Origin: a virus
DNA length: 64,000 nt
Reading direction: 5' to 3' (one strand)
Virus record (IMG/VR): IMGVR_UViG_3300021197_001752
Coordinates: 32,001 to 96,000 of that record
Shown here: positions 10,694-20,652 of the stretch, piece by piece
Layout of the letters: every line of letters begins with the position of its first letter
Numbering within the stretch: the stretch's first letter is position 1
The notes under the pieces: model-generated
Database searches by the model: none
Told to the model about the DNA's origin: nothing
What the model saw: the letters and a program-made list of their open reading frames with translations, nothing else
Made by a program: the position numbers and the translations under genes

Positions 10694-11608
10694 CTAATTC
10701 GTCATATTATATCTACTATAGATTTTGTTTTTATCGTATTTTAGTTTCAACTCTTTGAAGTTAGCCAAATTTGCCTGGAAGGTTGCAATGAACGACAAAG
10801 ACATAGTGTTAAATACAAGCGCAGTTGCTGCACCTGCTGGTGCTGTACCGATGCTTCCTGGCCATGGTATTGCATTACCAATAGCTAAAGCGTTGATAGC
10901 AATACCTTGTTTTTCCACGATCATACTAAGTTGTTTCACCAATTCTGTCATGTCCTCAAAAGCCTTGACCACACTTTTACCTTTTGCTATTGGTTGCATA
11001 TCTGATGTATCGTTACCTGCTATTAATTCAATACCGATTGGCTTTGTTATTGGCTTACCTAATGAATTTTTCTTATCAACCCCAGTAACTATCTTAACAC
11101 CTTCACGACCAACAAGTCTAATACAATCTGCTTTCATTATGGCAGCGGATCGACCCTTAGGAGCGCCATATCGACCGCCTGTACTTATATGAAAATTTCT
11201 ATCTATGTCTGTTTTCTGAGATAAGTATATTGTAGCAGCGTCTAAGATAGGGTCAGGGTTCAAAAATTGGGATTCTGTCTTGAGTGGGTTTTCAGAAATG
11301 ATTTTTTCTTCTTTTACATTTCTCCCGTGTAAGCCTGCAATGAATCTAATAGTTGAAGCATGAGTATGACCTTTGCCGCCATAACCGCTGTTTTCGTCAG
11401 TTGGGCGATCACGACCAAGAATTATAAAGTTATTATTCTCTCCTTGATATACTGTTTCAGAATCTACTTGATTATAATTTCCGTGTGGCTCTACTAATCT
11501 AGAGTTTGAACCACCAAGAGATTTATTACCTGGTCCCTGTTTTACTTTTTTTCTATTTGCAGATACACCCGACTGGTCTACTGCTTTTATTCTTGTGCCA
11601 CCTGACAT
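10694..11608 (-). CDS. Putative baseplate spike/hub protein (gp5 C-terminal-like)
   Basis: NNFIILGRDRP...AATIYLSQKTDID...AIMKADCIRLVGREGVKIVTG beta-repeat-like segments; position upstream of gp25. Confidence 0.5.
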   Translation of the reverse strand: MSGGTRIKAVDQSGVSANRKKVKQGPGNKSLGGSNSRLVEPHGNYNQVDSETVYQGENNNFIILGRDRPTDENSGYGGKGHTHASTIRFIAGLHGRNVKEEKIISENPLKTESQFLNPDPILDAATIYLSQKTDIDRNFHISTGGRYGAPKGRSAAIMKADCIRLVGREGVKIVTGVDKKNSLGKPITKPIGIELIAGNDTSDMQPIAKGKSVVKAFEDMTELVKQLSMIVEKQGIAINALAIGNAIPWPGSIGTAPAGAATALVFNTMSLSFIATFQANLANFKELKLKYDKNKIYSRYNMTN

Positions 11609-11617
11609 TATTAACTC

Positions 11618-14023
11618 CTAAGTGTTCCTTTGTTCCCAAAATTCATACTCTTGGCGGCGCTGGGCTTGGGTCGCTCTTCTCTGACGTGCTCTTTCTTTTG
11701 CGGGTACTACTCCTGCTAGCCCATCCCAACTACCATGGTTTTTCTTCACTTTAGAAAATCTTTTACTAGTTGCGCTACTACCAACATATACAAAGTGCCA
11801 TCGTTCTGAGGAAACAGTTCTTATGAAGCCATATCTGTGGGCGTTCTCAGCCATCCACTTCCATGGTTGCACCGCATCATTTTTTGTGCCTTGCCAGTTA
11901 TGGGCTGGTTTTCCCTTGTATCGCCTGGCTTTTGATCTGTGATCATAAAATCTGTCTTCTTCATATGTTGCTTTTTTCCTCTTGAAAGCCAGACCGCCGC
12001 CTGCGGCAGTTTGGAAATCTACTGCTATACCAGAGTTATGATTGGAATAACCAGGCTTAGCCACAGGTATTCTAAAATATTTTCTTTGCGGTGCTCGGCT
12101 GGCTAACCATTTTTCAGCGGCAGCATTGCCTTCACCACCACGGCGGTTATATTCTTCTCTCCATTTAGGCTTCAGGAGGTCTCTTCTGGCTTTAAGCTGC
12201 ACGTCATATGATCTGTATGTAGAATTTATTTGTAATGGTGGTCCATTAGGAACATCTTTTTTATATGCTGCTATCATATTTTTGATCGGCTCTTCTAAGC
12301 TTTTCGCTATTAGGCCTTTCTTTCCCTTAGCAGATCTAACGGGACCATCCTTAATAATTTCAATAGCTGGGATTGCACCTTTAAATTTACCCCTAACCCA
12401 AGAATCAAGTGTAAGCCCATCCTCTGATGGGGGAGAGGCAGCAGGCCTAGGATTGTTGGCTGGTATATTATCACGGCACAGAATGTCTGTTCCTTCGAGC
12501 TTATCATAAGCGAACTTCAAAAGATCGCCGTATTTTTGAGCCTGACCACGACCATTATAATAAGTTGCTAATTTGATGAAATCATAATTTCCTGTTTTTG
12601 CTCCTGCTTTTGCAACCCGACGCCAGTGATAACTGCCCTCGATCCATGTTATGAGTAGTCTATCCGAGACAGCCTCAGGATCACTATCATAGGCTTGCAT
12701 AGCTGCTTCGGGATCATTCTTAAACTCCTTAAGTAAAGATCGACCCATCACCTGAAACTGCCCAAACGAAGTTGATTGAATAGCAGCTATTGGGTCCAAA
12801 GCGTATGCCTTGTTGAAAGCGGCTCTATTAGTTTCTTTACTTACTCTGGAAATATACCAAGCTCTGTCTGGGCTCGCTGGTGGTTTAGGATTACGAGGTG
12901 TCCAAGGTACTTTATTTCTTAGGTCTGGCCTAGCCTTATCAATGTTTCGTGATTTTATTCCGCCTACAAATATATGTGGTTCAAACCTTACAGCACGGGC
13001 GTTGCCTTTGCTTTCTACTTCCATAAATGCTAACAGCAATCTTGGTGGTATCCCCACCCTCTTTGCCAATTCTTCTACTCTACAGAATTTATTTGATGAG
13101 TCTCCCTTTCTACTTTGTCCTTGATTAGGGGATACACCGTTTCCTTCATCGGTAGTCTCACTAAGCTGGTATGATTTATTACACACTATATCAAACGATT
13201 GTTGCTTAGGTGGAGTCTCTATCTTGTTTGGTACTTCTGCTGGTGTCTCAGGATTCTTTTTTGTTTCGGCTTTTACTGGTGCCGTGGAACCTGACGGTGC
13301 AACATCGGTAGTTGTCCACCTGCTATTTGGGGCAGCGACGCCAGTTAAAGATTCTACCTCTTTTGGGTCAGTTGCAGTATTTTCTACTTTTATTTCAGCT
13401 TGTTGGGCAATGTTTTTTGCTGGTAAGGATTCACCCATTGCATGAGTTGTCTTCATCTTAGTTGGCACTACTTCACCACAAGAATCAGCCGCTGTAAAGA
13501 TAGAGAAGTCGTCCTCTTGTTTTTGACCACCTAGAGCATAACCAAGAATGATGCCACCATTCCTGATATTTTTATTATTCCACATCACCATTAAAATCGA
13601 TCCAACTGGAGGTATCGAGTTTATAGTGTTTAGGTCACATGTAAATCTAGGGTATTGCCTAATAATTGGATCGTCTATCGATGTAGGATGACGCAGAACC
13701 ATACCTGGCACTAAACATCTAACAGAAATAGATTTGTCACCTGTAGCTGTATATATAAGCTTGTGACCACCAATCAGTTCTCTATCGCCAATCGATGGTG
13801 ATCTTACTTTACTTTCCAGATTGTGTACCACCATAGCTGGTACCCATGTGCGCCCAGCAAAGCTATCTGTTGAGTTTCGTTCCTGTTGTATCTCTTTGAA
13901 AGTCTCGCCAGAATCTTTGGGATTTGTAAGACTGAATGATTCAGTATTGTGACTTTTCTCTTCGTGCATCTTTTGAAACAATTCAAGCACGGTAGCTTTC
14001 TGGCTTTTATTTTCTACGGACAT
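11618..14023 (-). CDS. Virion-associated peptidoglycan hydrolase: N-acetylmuramidase (DUF3380-like) plus M15B D,D-carboxypeptidase/endopeptidase
   Basis: VESKG...FEPHIF...STSFGQFQVMG...YYNG (muramidase); STYRSYDVQ...AKPGYSNHNSGIAVD...NAHRYGF...ERWHF (M15/VanY); N-terminal PPVGSILMV resembles a gp5 OB-fold. Confidence 0.85.
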   Translation of the reverse strand: MSVENKSQKATVLELFQKMHEEKSHNTESFSLTNPKDSGETFKEIQQERNSTDSFAGRTWVPAMVVHNLESKVRSPSIGDRELIGGHKLIYTATGDKSISVRCLVPGMVLRHPTSIDDPIIRQYPRFTCDLNTINSIPPVGSILMVMWNNKNIRNGGIILGYALGGQKQEDDFSIFTAADSCGEVVPTKMKTTHAMGESLPAKNIAQQAEIKVENTATDPKEVESLTGVAAPNSRWTTTDVAPSGSTAPVKAETKKNPETPAEVPNKIETPPKQQSFDIVCNKSYQLSETTDEGNGVSPNQGQSRKGDSSNKFCRVEELAKRVGIPPRLLLAFMEVESKGNARAVRFEPHIFVGGIKSRNIDKARPDLRNKVPWTPRNPKPPASPDRAWYISRVSKETNRAAFNKAYALDPIAAIQSTSFGQFQVMGRSLLKEFKNDPEAAMQAYDSDPEAVSDRLLITWIEGSYHWRRVAKAGAKTGNYDFIKLATYYNGRGQAQKYGDLLKFAYDKLEGTDILCRDNIPANNPRPAASPPSEDGLTLDSWVRGKFKGAIPAIEIIKDGPVRSAKGKKGLIAKSLEEPIKNMIAAYKKDVPNGPPLQINSTYRSYDVQLKARRDLLKPKWREEYNRRGGEGNAAAEKWLASRAPQRKYFRIPVAKPGYSNHNSGIAVDFQTAAGGGLAFKRKKATYEEDRFYDHRSKARRYKGKPAHNWQGTKNDAVQPWKWMAENAHRYGFIRTVSSERWHFVYVGSSATSKRFSKVKKNHGSWDGLAGVVPAKERARQRRATQAQRRQEYEFWEQRNT

Positions 14024-14317
14024 TTATCCCTGTCCTTGGATCATATCAAATAGATCATCCTTATCTTCTTCTGATAGCGACTGGCTTTTGGTTGTTGCCT
14101 CTTTCTTATGTACAATTGCAGCAAGCTTGACTAACTGTTCGTTAGAACGCTGTAAAGTCTCTACTAACTTTGCCGCCACTGTTCCTGATTCAGCATATCT
14201 GTCTTTAGCTCCTGAAAGATAATCTTTTAGTTCTTTCAGTAGCTCTTCTGTTGTACTTCTGTCCTGCTCTATGTTAAGAAGAGCTTTGGTTATCAATACA
14301 TCTAAATTTTGTCCCAT
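14024..14317 (-). CDS. Hypothetical helical protein
   Basis: 97-aa ORF tightly packed with its neighbours. Confidence 0.7.
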   Translation of the reverse strand: MGQNLDVLITKALLNIEQDRSTTEELLKELKDYLSGAKDRYAESGTVAAKLVETLQRSNEQLVKLAAIVHKKEATTKSQSLSEEDKDDLFDMIQGQG

Positions 14318-14321
14318 TCAT

Positions 14322-15035
14322 TTATACCTCGCCTTCAAGCCATCTTTTTCTAAAGTCAGCATATTTTTGTCGTAGTCTCTTTAGGCTGCTTACTATCTGC
14401 TTTGTATTCAGCCCAGTGATCTCACGCATGTATAAGTAAATAGCTTTTTTATTAAAAATCTCGATCTGTTCGATGTTATTCATTAGGGTTTGTATAGCAT
14501 CTAATACTTTTCTTTCGTTTTCTCGAAGATCTTCGTCGCCCCATTTACTCACCTCTGTTAGCAAAAAAGCCCAAAACTGATGATCTTCTAAGCTGTCTTC
14601 TATGGTGCCCTTAGCATTATTGTTGACTATATCAATTTCTTTTATTACTGAACCGAATTCAATCTCTCGCTTATTTCTCTTAGTTTGCTTTTTAGCTTTA
14701 TGGGTGAACCAATTTTTTGTGACAACTGAAAAATAAGAAAAAGCCTTAGTCCCACGGTCTGGATTGTATTTATCCAAAATTGTCGTGAGCCATATTTTGC
14801 AATCTTCTTTATGATTGTCCACATTTTGTAAAGAAGTAAACTTATATGTGTAAACTATCTTGTCTACCAACTCATTAAAGGCTGGTTGTATATGCTCAAT
14901 ATATAAACTGGTTCTCAGTTTGAGGTCGTCGGTTCTAGCATATTCCACAATTGCCATTTCAGTATCTTTTGTAAAGTAATGGTTTTTTTTGCTTTTATTT
15001 CTCTTACCTCTGGTCTTAGTATTAGTCTTCTGCAT
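14322..15035 (-). CDS. Phage RNA polymerase sigma factor-like protein
   Basis: HYFTKDTEMAIVEY...LDKYNPDRGTKAFSYFSVVTKN resembles sigma region 2; C-terminal HTH-like segment REITGLNTKQIVSSLKRLR. Confidence 0.7.
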   Translation of the reverse strand: MQKTNTKTRGKRNKSKKNHYFTKDTEMAIVEYARTDDLKLRTSLYIEHIQPAFNELVDKIVYTYKFTSLQNVDNHKEDCKIWLTTILDKYNPDRGTKAFSYFSVVTKNWFTHKAKKQTKRNKREIEFGSVIKEIDIVNNNAKGTIEDSLEDHQFWAFLLTEVSKWGDEDLRENERKVLDAIQTLMNNIEQIEIFNKKAIYLYMREITGLNTKQIVSSLKRLRQKYADFRKRWLEGEV

Positions 15036-15321
15036 CTTGTAGGTTCCCTTCTTCCTCGTCTAGAGAAAATAGGACTCTATATTCTTCTAGGTATTGTTTT
15101 GTATCAGTAGAGTGTCGAAGTAGGTTGAGGATAACCTCATCACCAAAATATGCTTCCATTTCACTAACGTCTTTTACATGCTTAGAATATTCATCTAATA
15201 CCGAGTTTATATCTTCAAACCCTTGGGATAAAGCGTTAAATCTAATCAACATCTCTCGTATGTACCACACAATTGCTATGTCGAATAACAAATGGATTGC
15301 TAATAATAACCAACCTATCAT
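15022..15321 (-). CDS. Hypothetical membrane-anchored protein
   Basis: N-terminal hydrophobic helix; overlaps its neighbours. Confidence 0.65.
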   Translation of the reverse strand: MIGWLLLAIHLLFDIAIVWYIREMLIRFNALSQGFEDINSVLDEYSKHVKDVSEMEAYFGDEVILNLLRHSTDTKQYLEEYRVLFSLDEEEGNLQDAED

Positions 15322-15572
15322 TTATATTCTTTTTCTTTTGTGGAGTGCTTCTTGTACTTTTTCATCTCTTCTATAGTTTCTGATATTGTGTCTTTGACTT
15401 TTTTACCTGCTTTATCATTTGCAGCAGTTTTTTTATGTATAAAGACTTTACTGATGATTCTTTTTATGTCAGTACTCTTACAAAGTGTGCACTCCTGCAA
15501 TTTTTCTTTATGATGGTGCATTGCATCAAAGCCCTCCTCGCAGGAGGCACACTCGTAAGAATATCTCGGCAT
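15318..15572 (-). CDS. FmdB-family zinc-ribbon protein
   Basis: MPRYSYECASCEEGF...CTLCKS...KRIIS. Confidence 0.85.
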   Translation of the reverse strand: MPRYSYECASCEEGFDAMHHHKEKLQECTLCKSTDIKRIISKVFIHKKTAANDKAGKKVKDTISETIEEMKKYKKHSTKEKEYK

Positions 15573-15790
15573 TACTCAGTTTCAAATACTGGTTTAGTCT
15601 GTGTCACTTGTGCCTTGACTGTTGGTGGGTTCTGTACCATAAGTTCGCCCCCTTTAGTGCCCCAACGCTTCGTGTCAGGTGTCTTGGCAAACTCAAATGA
15701 TTCCAGAATAGGTACAATATCAGTTTGGTCCATCAGACTGTTTTGAAGTGCCATCATAATGGCACCCATTGCTTGATTACTAAGCTTCAT
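15572..15790 (-). CDS. Hypothetical protein
   Basis: 72 aa with a GGAGGAG RBS upstream. Confidence 0.7.
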   Translation of the reverse strand: MKLSNQAMGAIMMALQNSLMDQTDIVPILESFEFAKTPDTKRWGTKGGELMVQNPPTVKAQVTQTKPVFETE

Positions 15791-15823
15791 TTTTTTCTCC
15801 TCCCATAATAGGGTTTTGTTTTT

Positions 15824-15852
15824 ACTATAAGATAATATACTACTTTTGTCAA
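15824..15852 (-). promoter_or_regulatory. Sigma70-like promoter
   Basis: TTGACA-17 nt-TATAGT on the minus strand, upstream of the 15790 start. Confidence 0.65.
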
Positions 15853-15856
15853 GTTG

Positions 15857-16846
15857 TTAAGTATTGTTTATTATATCGCAAATATATTGAGACGCTTTAC
15901 CATCGCCATAAGGACATACCTCTTTGGATAGGTCTACTTTAGTAGCCCAAGTGTCTACTAGATTTTCTAAACATTTTGGTTCTTTGCAGAGAACCGAAAA
16001 AGTATCGAGGCCTTCCACTCTTTCTGTAAAGTCACGGCAAACAATACATGGTTTCTTGAGGAAAGCAGCTTCTTCCTGTACACCTCCACTATCAGTTATT
16101 ATAAATGCACAAGTTGAAAGTTGCTCTATGAATTCTGCATGTCCTAGCGGATCTATAACATTTACGTCAGTTAGGATACTAGAATGCTTTTTAACTTCTG
16201 GGTTGGGGTGGATTGGTAAAATAAACTCAAGGTCTTTATATTTTTGAGCTAAATTGTTTACTACCTTAAACCATTCCTGTATCTCATCTAACTTTTCACG
16301 ACGGTGTAATGTAACGACAACTTTATTAGATTTATGAATAGTCACGTCGGACAGGTTATCTAGAACAGTATTACCCACTATATGAATATTAGTACGACCT
16401 TCTTTTTTAAGATTACTGGCTGATATATCTGTTGGGCACAAATGGATTTCTGCTAGTGCAGAAATAGCACATCTATTAAACTCTTCTGGGTATGGACTGT
16501 ACTTGTCAAATGTTCTTAGTCCTGCTTCTAGGTGTGCTACTGGTATCTTTCTATGGAAAGCTGCCAATGCTGTTGCAAATGCAGAGGTAGTATCACCTTG
16601 CACCATTACACATGTTATATCGACAAATATTTCTTCTTTGTTTAATATTGATTGTATAATCGAATCTAATCGGTTACCGTTATCTAAAATTTCTAATACA
16701 TGATCTGGTTTATTTGCCTTCTTTAATAGGTCAGTGTGTTGTCCTGTGAAGAAGGATTTGAACGGCATGTTCCGCTTTTTCATTTCGTTTATCACAGGAA
16801 GTACTTTTATGTACTCGGGTCTTGTTCCGTAAGTTATAAGAAGCAT
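15857..16846 (-). CDS. wecB: UDP-N-acetylglucosamine 2-epimerase
   Basis: GTRPEYIK, TGQH, QGDTTS, HLEAGLRT, PEEFNR, TDSGGVQEEA, YGDG. Confidence 0.95.
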   Translation of the reverse strand: MLLITYGTRPEYIKVLPVINEMKKRNMPFKSFFTGQHTDLLKKANKPDHVLEILDNGNRLDSIIQSILNKEEIFVDITCVMVQGDTTSAFATALAAFHRKIPVAHLEAGLRTFDKYSPYPEEFNRCAISALAEIHLCPTDISASNLKKEGRTNIHIVGNTVLDNLSDVTIHKSNKVVVTLHRREKLDEIQEWFKVVNNLAQKYKDLEFILPIHPNPEVKKHSSILTDVNVIDPLGHAEFIEQLSTCAFIITDSGGVQEEAAFLKKPCIVCRDFTERVEGLDTFSVLCKEPKCLENLVDTWATKVDLSKEVCPYGDGKASQYICDIINNT

Positions 16847-16848
16847 GT

Positions 16849-17250
16849 TTACTCGGTAAGGTATTTTACAACAAGGTCATGAATTTTCTCGTCAACATTT
16901 AGTTTCCAAGAATCGTCGCCTTCAGTAATTTTAGTTCTAATATCAGTCGCAGAAATAAATCCGATGTCTTTAGGTGGTACATGTTCTATAATGCCATACC
17001 CGACGCCACGTCCATAATTCACAGAATCTATGTCTGGTATAACCATCACCACTACATCATGATCTTCATATGCCTTTTCTAACATCTCTACTGTCTGTTC
17101 TGTAGTAAAGGGGTTTTTGTCGTCAGGTGGAATATCTCTGACACATATCAAAACAGGTAAGCCCTCATCAAGCTTTTGTGACATAAGCCATTTATGACCA
17201 TTATGAAACGGTTGCCACCTACCAATAAACATTGCTCTTCTGGTACTCAT
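16849..17250 (-). CDS. Small HxGH cytidylyltransferase-like nucleotidyltransferase
   Basis: FIGRWQPFHNGH and ISATDIR motifs. Confidence 0.85.
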   Translation of the reverse strand: MSTRRAMFIGRWQPFHNGHKWLMSQKLDEGLPVLICVRDIPPDDKNPFTTEQTVEMLEKAYEDHDVVVMVIPDIDSVNYGRGVGYGIIEHVPPKDIGFISATDIRTKITEGDDSWKLNVDEKIHDLVVKYLTE

Positions 17251-18194
17251 CGGTCTTCTCCTTCTAATAGATCTCTAACTGTGTCTGTCCAGTTTCTAAA
17301 TTTATATGCTCGATCATCAATATACGTGTCGGCTGGAATCTTGAAATTGGATACCTCATCAAAGTATTTTTTTAGACCTCTTTCCTCTAACCAGGCTTCG
17401 ATTACAGATGATGGTCGGGACGATAAGATTACTAACCTCTTACCAGCGTCTTTGAGAACCTCAAATGCAGCCTCTGCGCCGTCCATTGGGTCATCGTATG
17501 CGTTCATCAAACCCTTGAAACCTTGACTATATTTGTGTATCACACCATCAAAATCAATTGCAATAGTTCTTTTTTTGTCTAGCACATTAACCTCGCTTAT
17601 AGTGGAGAAATAACCACTCTCTTCTAGGTGCTCAACGATGTGATTGGCGCACTCTTCTACACTAAACTCTGCCGTATTCACAATGATTTCTGGACTTCTG
17701 GGCTTTTCATAAGGAGCACTAATACCAGTAAAATTAGGTATTTCTCCGCTTCTTGCTTTTTTATATAACCCCTTAGGATCTCTAGCCTCACACGTTTCTA
17801 GAGGAGCTTTTACGTGTATCTCTATAAAGTCTTTTCCAATTATTTCTCTTGCAAATTTTCTGCTCTTACGGTATGGTGAAATAAATGCTGTACACACTAT
17901 TGTGCCAGATTGTCTCAATAAATTAGCTACCTCTGAAATCCTTCGGATGTTCTCTTTTCTATCATCTGGTGAGAATCCAAGGTCGTTGTTGAGGCCAAGC
18001 CTAATATTATCCCCGTCAAGTGTGTGGGTCTGATACCCTTTTCGGAATAATAATAGTTCTACTGCATTGGCTAATGTAGATTTACCTGATCCTGATAAAC
18101 CAGTAAACCATAATACTGCTGGCTTATGTTTATTCTTCTGTATCTTCTCTTCAGTCGATACTGTTGTATTATGAAAGTGTAAGTTGTTTGTCAT
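17247..18194 (-). CDS. cysC: Adenylyl-sulfate (APS) kinase fused to a C-terminal HAD-like domain
   Basis: WFTGLSGSGKST, LDGDNIR.GL, RDPKGLYKKAR.GEI.NFTGISAPYE; C-terminal IAIDFDGVIH...YIDDRA. Confidence 0.95.
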   Translation of the reverse strand: MTNNLHFHNTTVSTEEKIQKNKHKPAVLWFTGLSGSGKSTLANAVELLLFRKGYQTHTLDGDNIRLGLNNDLGFSPDDRKENIRRISEVANLLRQSGTIVCTAFISPYRKSRKFAREIIGKDFIEIHVKAPLETCEARDPKGLYKKARSGEIPNFTGISAPYEKPRSPEIIVNTAEFSVEECANHIVEHLEESGYFSTISEVNVLDKKRTIAIDFDGVIHKYSQGFKGLMNAYDDPMDGAEAAFEVLKDAGKRLVILSSRPSSVIEAWLEERGLKKYFDEVSNFKIPADTYIDDRAYKFRNWTDTVRDLLEGEDR

Positions 18195-18397
18195 TTTTTT
18201 ACCCCAAACTTAGAGAAATTATACCACACTCTTTCATGGGCATAATATAGAAATATTTTTGTTATTAACTCAACAGCACCGATCTTCACGCCAATCATTG
18301 GGTCGCCAGATATTAGCCAACCCAACAACATTGTGTCTATTGTCCCAACAGCACGCCAGCTTATCGCTTTTGCCAAGTGTCTTTTCTTTGCTACCAT
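18191..18397 (-). CDS. DUF2061 small membrane protein
   Basis: RHLAKAISWRAVGTIDT...KIFLYYAHERVW. Confidence 0.9.
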   Translation of the reverse strand: MVAKKRHLAKAISWRAVGTIDTMLLGWLISGDPMIGVKIGAVELITKIFLYYAHERVWYNFSKFGVKK

Positions 18398-19350
18398 ACG
18401 AATGTTTTCTTACAATGCTTTACAATATGTATTATTTCTTCATCGAAATCAAACTTTGGCTCCCAGCCCAGTTTCCTCAACTTGCTATCGTCTACAGAAT
18501 ATCGAATATCTTGACCCTCCCTCTCATAAGAAAAGTCTAGATATTTATCATAATCAATGTTTTCTTCCTCTAGGTAGCAGTCTATCACCTTCTTGACCGT
18601 ATCAACGTTTTTTTGTTCAAACCCGCCAGATATATTGAAAATTTCATTTTTTGCGCCAGACTCCATAATAGTAATAATAGCGTTTGCAGTGTCTGCTGCA
18701 TGGAGCCAATTTCTAGTCGGTTCACCCTTGTTATGAAGTCTTATTTTTTTCCCTCTTTGTAATAGTTTTACAGACAAGGGAATTAACTTTTCTGGGTACT
18801 GAAATATACCATAGTTATTGGTAGGTCGGACAATCACATATTCTGTGCCATAAGTCCTATTCCATGATTTGATCAAATGATCTGCGGCTGCTTTGGTTGC
18901 TGAATATGGATTACTAGGGTTCAGAGAACTATCTTCTGTGAATGACCCGCTTTCAAGATCGCCGTATACCTCATCAGTGCTAAAGTGTAGTAAGATTGGT
19001 CTTTCGCAAACATTACTTGGTTTGTTCTGGATAATCTTTAGTAGATTTTGAACACCACTAATGTTTGTGTTGATAAAGTCTGTGTTATCAATTATACTGT
19101 TCCCAACATGCGATTCGGCAGCTAGATTTATTATGTAATCACAATCAGGGATAGTCTCAAGATCACAAATATCTTTTTGTAAAAAAGTAAAACCTGGTAA
19201 GTCCTTGAATGTTTGCACGGCTTCCATATTAGCCGCATATGTTAGTTTGTCTATACCCAGAACCAAATAGCCTCGTTGGAGTAATTCACTTGTAACATGT
19301 GAGCCAATTAACCCCATGCACCCTGTAACTGCCACTATCTTCATTTGCAA
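18391..19350 (-). CDS. rfbB: dTDP-glucose 4,6-dehydratase
   Basis: TGCMGLIGS, DKLTYAAN, AAESHV, STDEVYG, PYSATKAA, NNYG..QYPEKLIP. Confidence 0.9.
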   Translation of the reverse strand: MQMKIVAVTGCMGLIGSHVTSELLQRGYLVLGIDKLTYAANMEAVQTFKDLPGFTFLQKDICDLETIPDCDYIINLAAESHVGNSIIDNTDFINTNISGVQNLLKIIQNKPSNVCERPILLHFSTDEVYGDLESGSFTEDSSLNPSNPYSATKAAADHLIKSWNRTYGTEYVIVRPTNNYGIFQYPEKLIPLSVKLLQRGKKIRLHNKGEPTRNWLHAADTANAIITIMESGAKNEIFNISGGFEQKNVDTVKKVIDCYLEEENIDYDKYLDFSYEREGQDIRYSVDDSKLRKLGWEPKFDFDEEIIHIVKHCKKTFVW

Positions 19351-19775
19351 TACCCCACGTAGTCACTGCACACACCATAAGCGTTTGTTGATAATACCAT
19401 GTCAGTCTCCTTTTTTGTATGACATACTATAACAGATCTTGGGGTAAGTTGTTTACCTGGATATGTCCAAATGAAACGATTACTTGTTATAGTGTAGTGA
19501 TCAGACTCGTGCCAAAAGCAATGGGCACCTATGTTTAATAGATGTTCTAGTGCCTCGATGTTTTTAGCATGGCACCATAATTTTGGGCGTAATAAGAAAT
19601 CTGTGGTTATAAGATGTGTTGGCTTATCATGACCTAGGTATATTTTATTATCAATAGACCACACGTCTATTTCCACGTCAAATCCTTGATTGATTACTTC
19701 AGCAATTTTTGCAGGGCTGTTCTCGGTTTCTTCTTCTGGTCCAAAAAGATTGCCCCTGTGAGATACTAATAACAT
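19341..19775 (-). CDS. Small glycerophosphodiester phosphodiesterase (PLC-like) domain protein
   Basis: SHRGN...ENSP...DVEIDVW...LGHD...WCHAKN...GVCSD; start moved to MLLVSHRG. Confidence 0.75.
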   Translation of the reverse strand: MLLVSHRGNLFGPEEETENSPAKIAEVINQGFDVEIDVWSIDNKIYLGHDKPTHLITTDFLLRPKLWCHAKNIEALEHLLNIGAHCFWHESDHYTITSNRFIWTYPGKQLTPRSVIVCHTKKETDMVLSTNAYGVCSDYVGYCK

Positions 19776-19776
19776 A

Positions 19777-20652
19777 TTATTTGTAAAACTCCGCTCTAGT
19801 GTATGCCCAGTTGCACATACCACCATGGCTTACCACATGTCCCATACTATTGAAGTTATGCCAGCCATTGCTTCGACCCCAGTATATCTCTTCAAAATCA
19901 TACTTGAGGTCTAATATTTGTTGTTTATAGTTTTTCCAGTTTGGCTGCATCTGGTTATAATTCCACCTAAGATCACAAAATCCTATCTCGCCAATATCTC
20001 TAAATGAACAATACTCTTTTAGTAAATCTGGCCAGTTCTTATCTTCGTAGAGTAAAGCTTGTGGGTTGTAAGGCATAGGTGGGATTTTACCAGAAAAGTA
20101 TTTTACAAATGATATACCTGTGTGTCTTAAACCGTCAGCATGAAATGGTTCATTGTTTTTATCCCATATAGAGCCCAATAGATCAATCTCTCCATACATA
20201 AAGCAATCGCCAAATTTATACAGTTCTTTACCAGTCTGCTGTGTCAAGAGAATCATTTTATCTTCTGATTTTATTATGTCGTGGCAATACGATATAATAT
20301 CTTGCTTTGCTATTACAGAATCACCCCTGGTTTTTAGACAATAATCAAAACCTTTTTCTTTTGCGTGTTCTATTCCTAGTGATACAGATTTGTATTGGGC
20401 TGGCATATTGATTACAGTACCGCCGCTATCAACTGGGTGTAAGTCTTCCCAGATAACTTTATCGCAAATATCCTTTGTAGAGTTATAGGGCTCGTGTCCA
20501 TGTCCAACTAAAATTATGTACGCATCAGGATTATTGTTTCTTAAGCTTTGAATATTTGTATCTACTATTTCCTGTTTAGCTAAAAACCCAAGGCTACCTT
20601 GGGGGTCATAATCTGGAATGTGTATCTGCGATACAATACAATTATTTTTCAT
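19777..20652 (-). CDS. Glycan-biosynthesis protein (GT-A/WavE-like)
   Basis: QYKSVSLGI...LKTRGD...GDCFMYG resembles the WavE-like neighbour; lies within the glycan island. Confidence 0.5.
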   Translation of the reverse strand: MKNNCIVSQIHIPDYDPQGSLGFLAKQEIVDTNIQSLRNNNPDAYIILVGHGHEPYNSTKDICDKVIWEDLHPVDSGGTVINMPAQYKSVSLGIEHAKEKGFDYCLKTRGDSVIAKQDIISYCHDIIKSEDKMILLTQQTGKELYKFGDCFMYGEIDLLGSIWDKNNEPFHADGLRHTGISFVKYFSGKIPPMPYNPQALLYEDKNWPDLLKEYCSFRDIGEIGFCDLRWNYNQMQPNWKNYKQQILDLKYDFEEIYWGRSNGWHNFNSMGHVVSHGGMCNWAYTRAEFYK

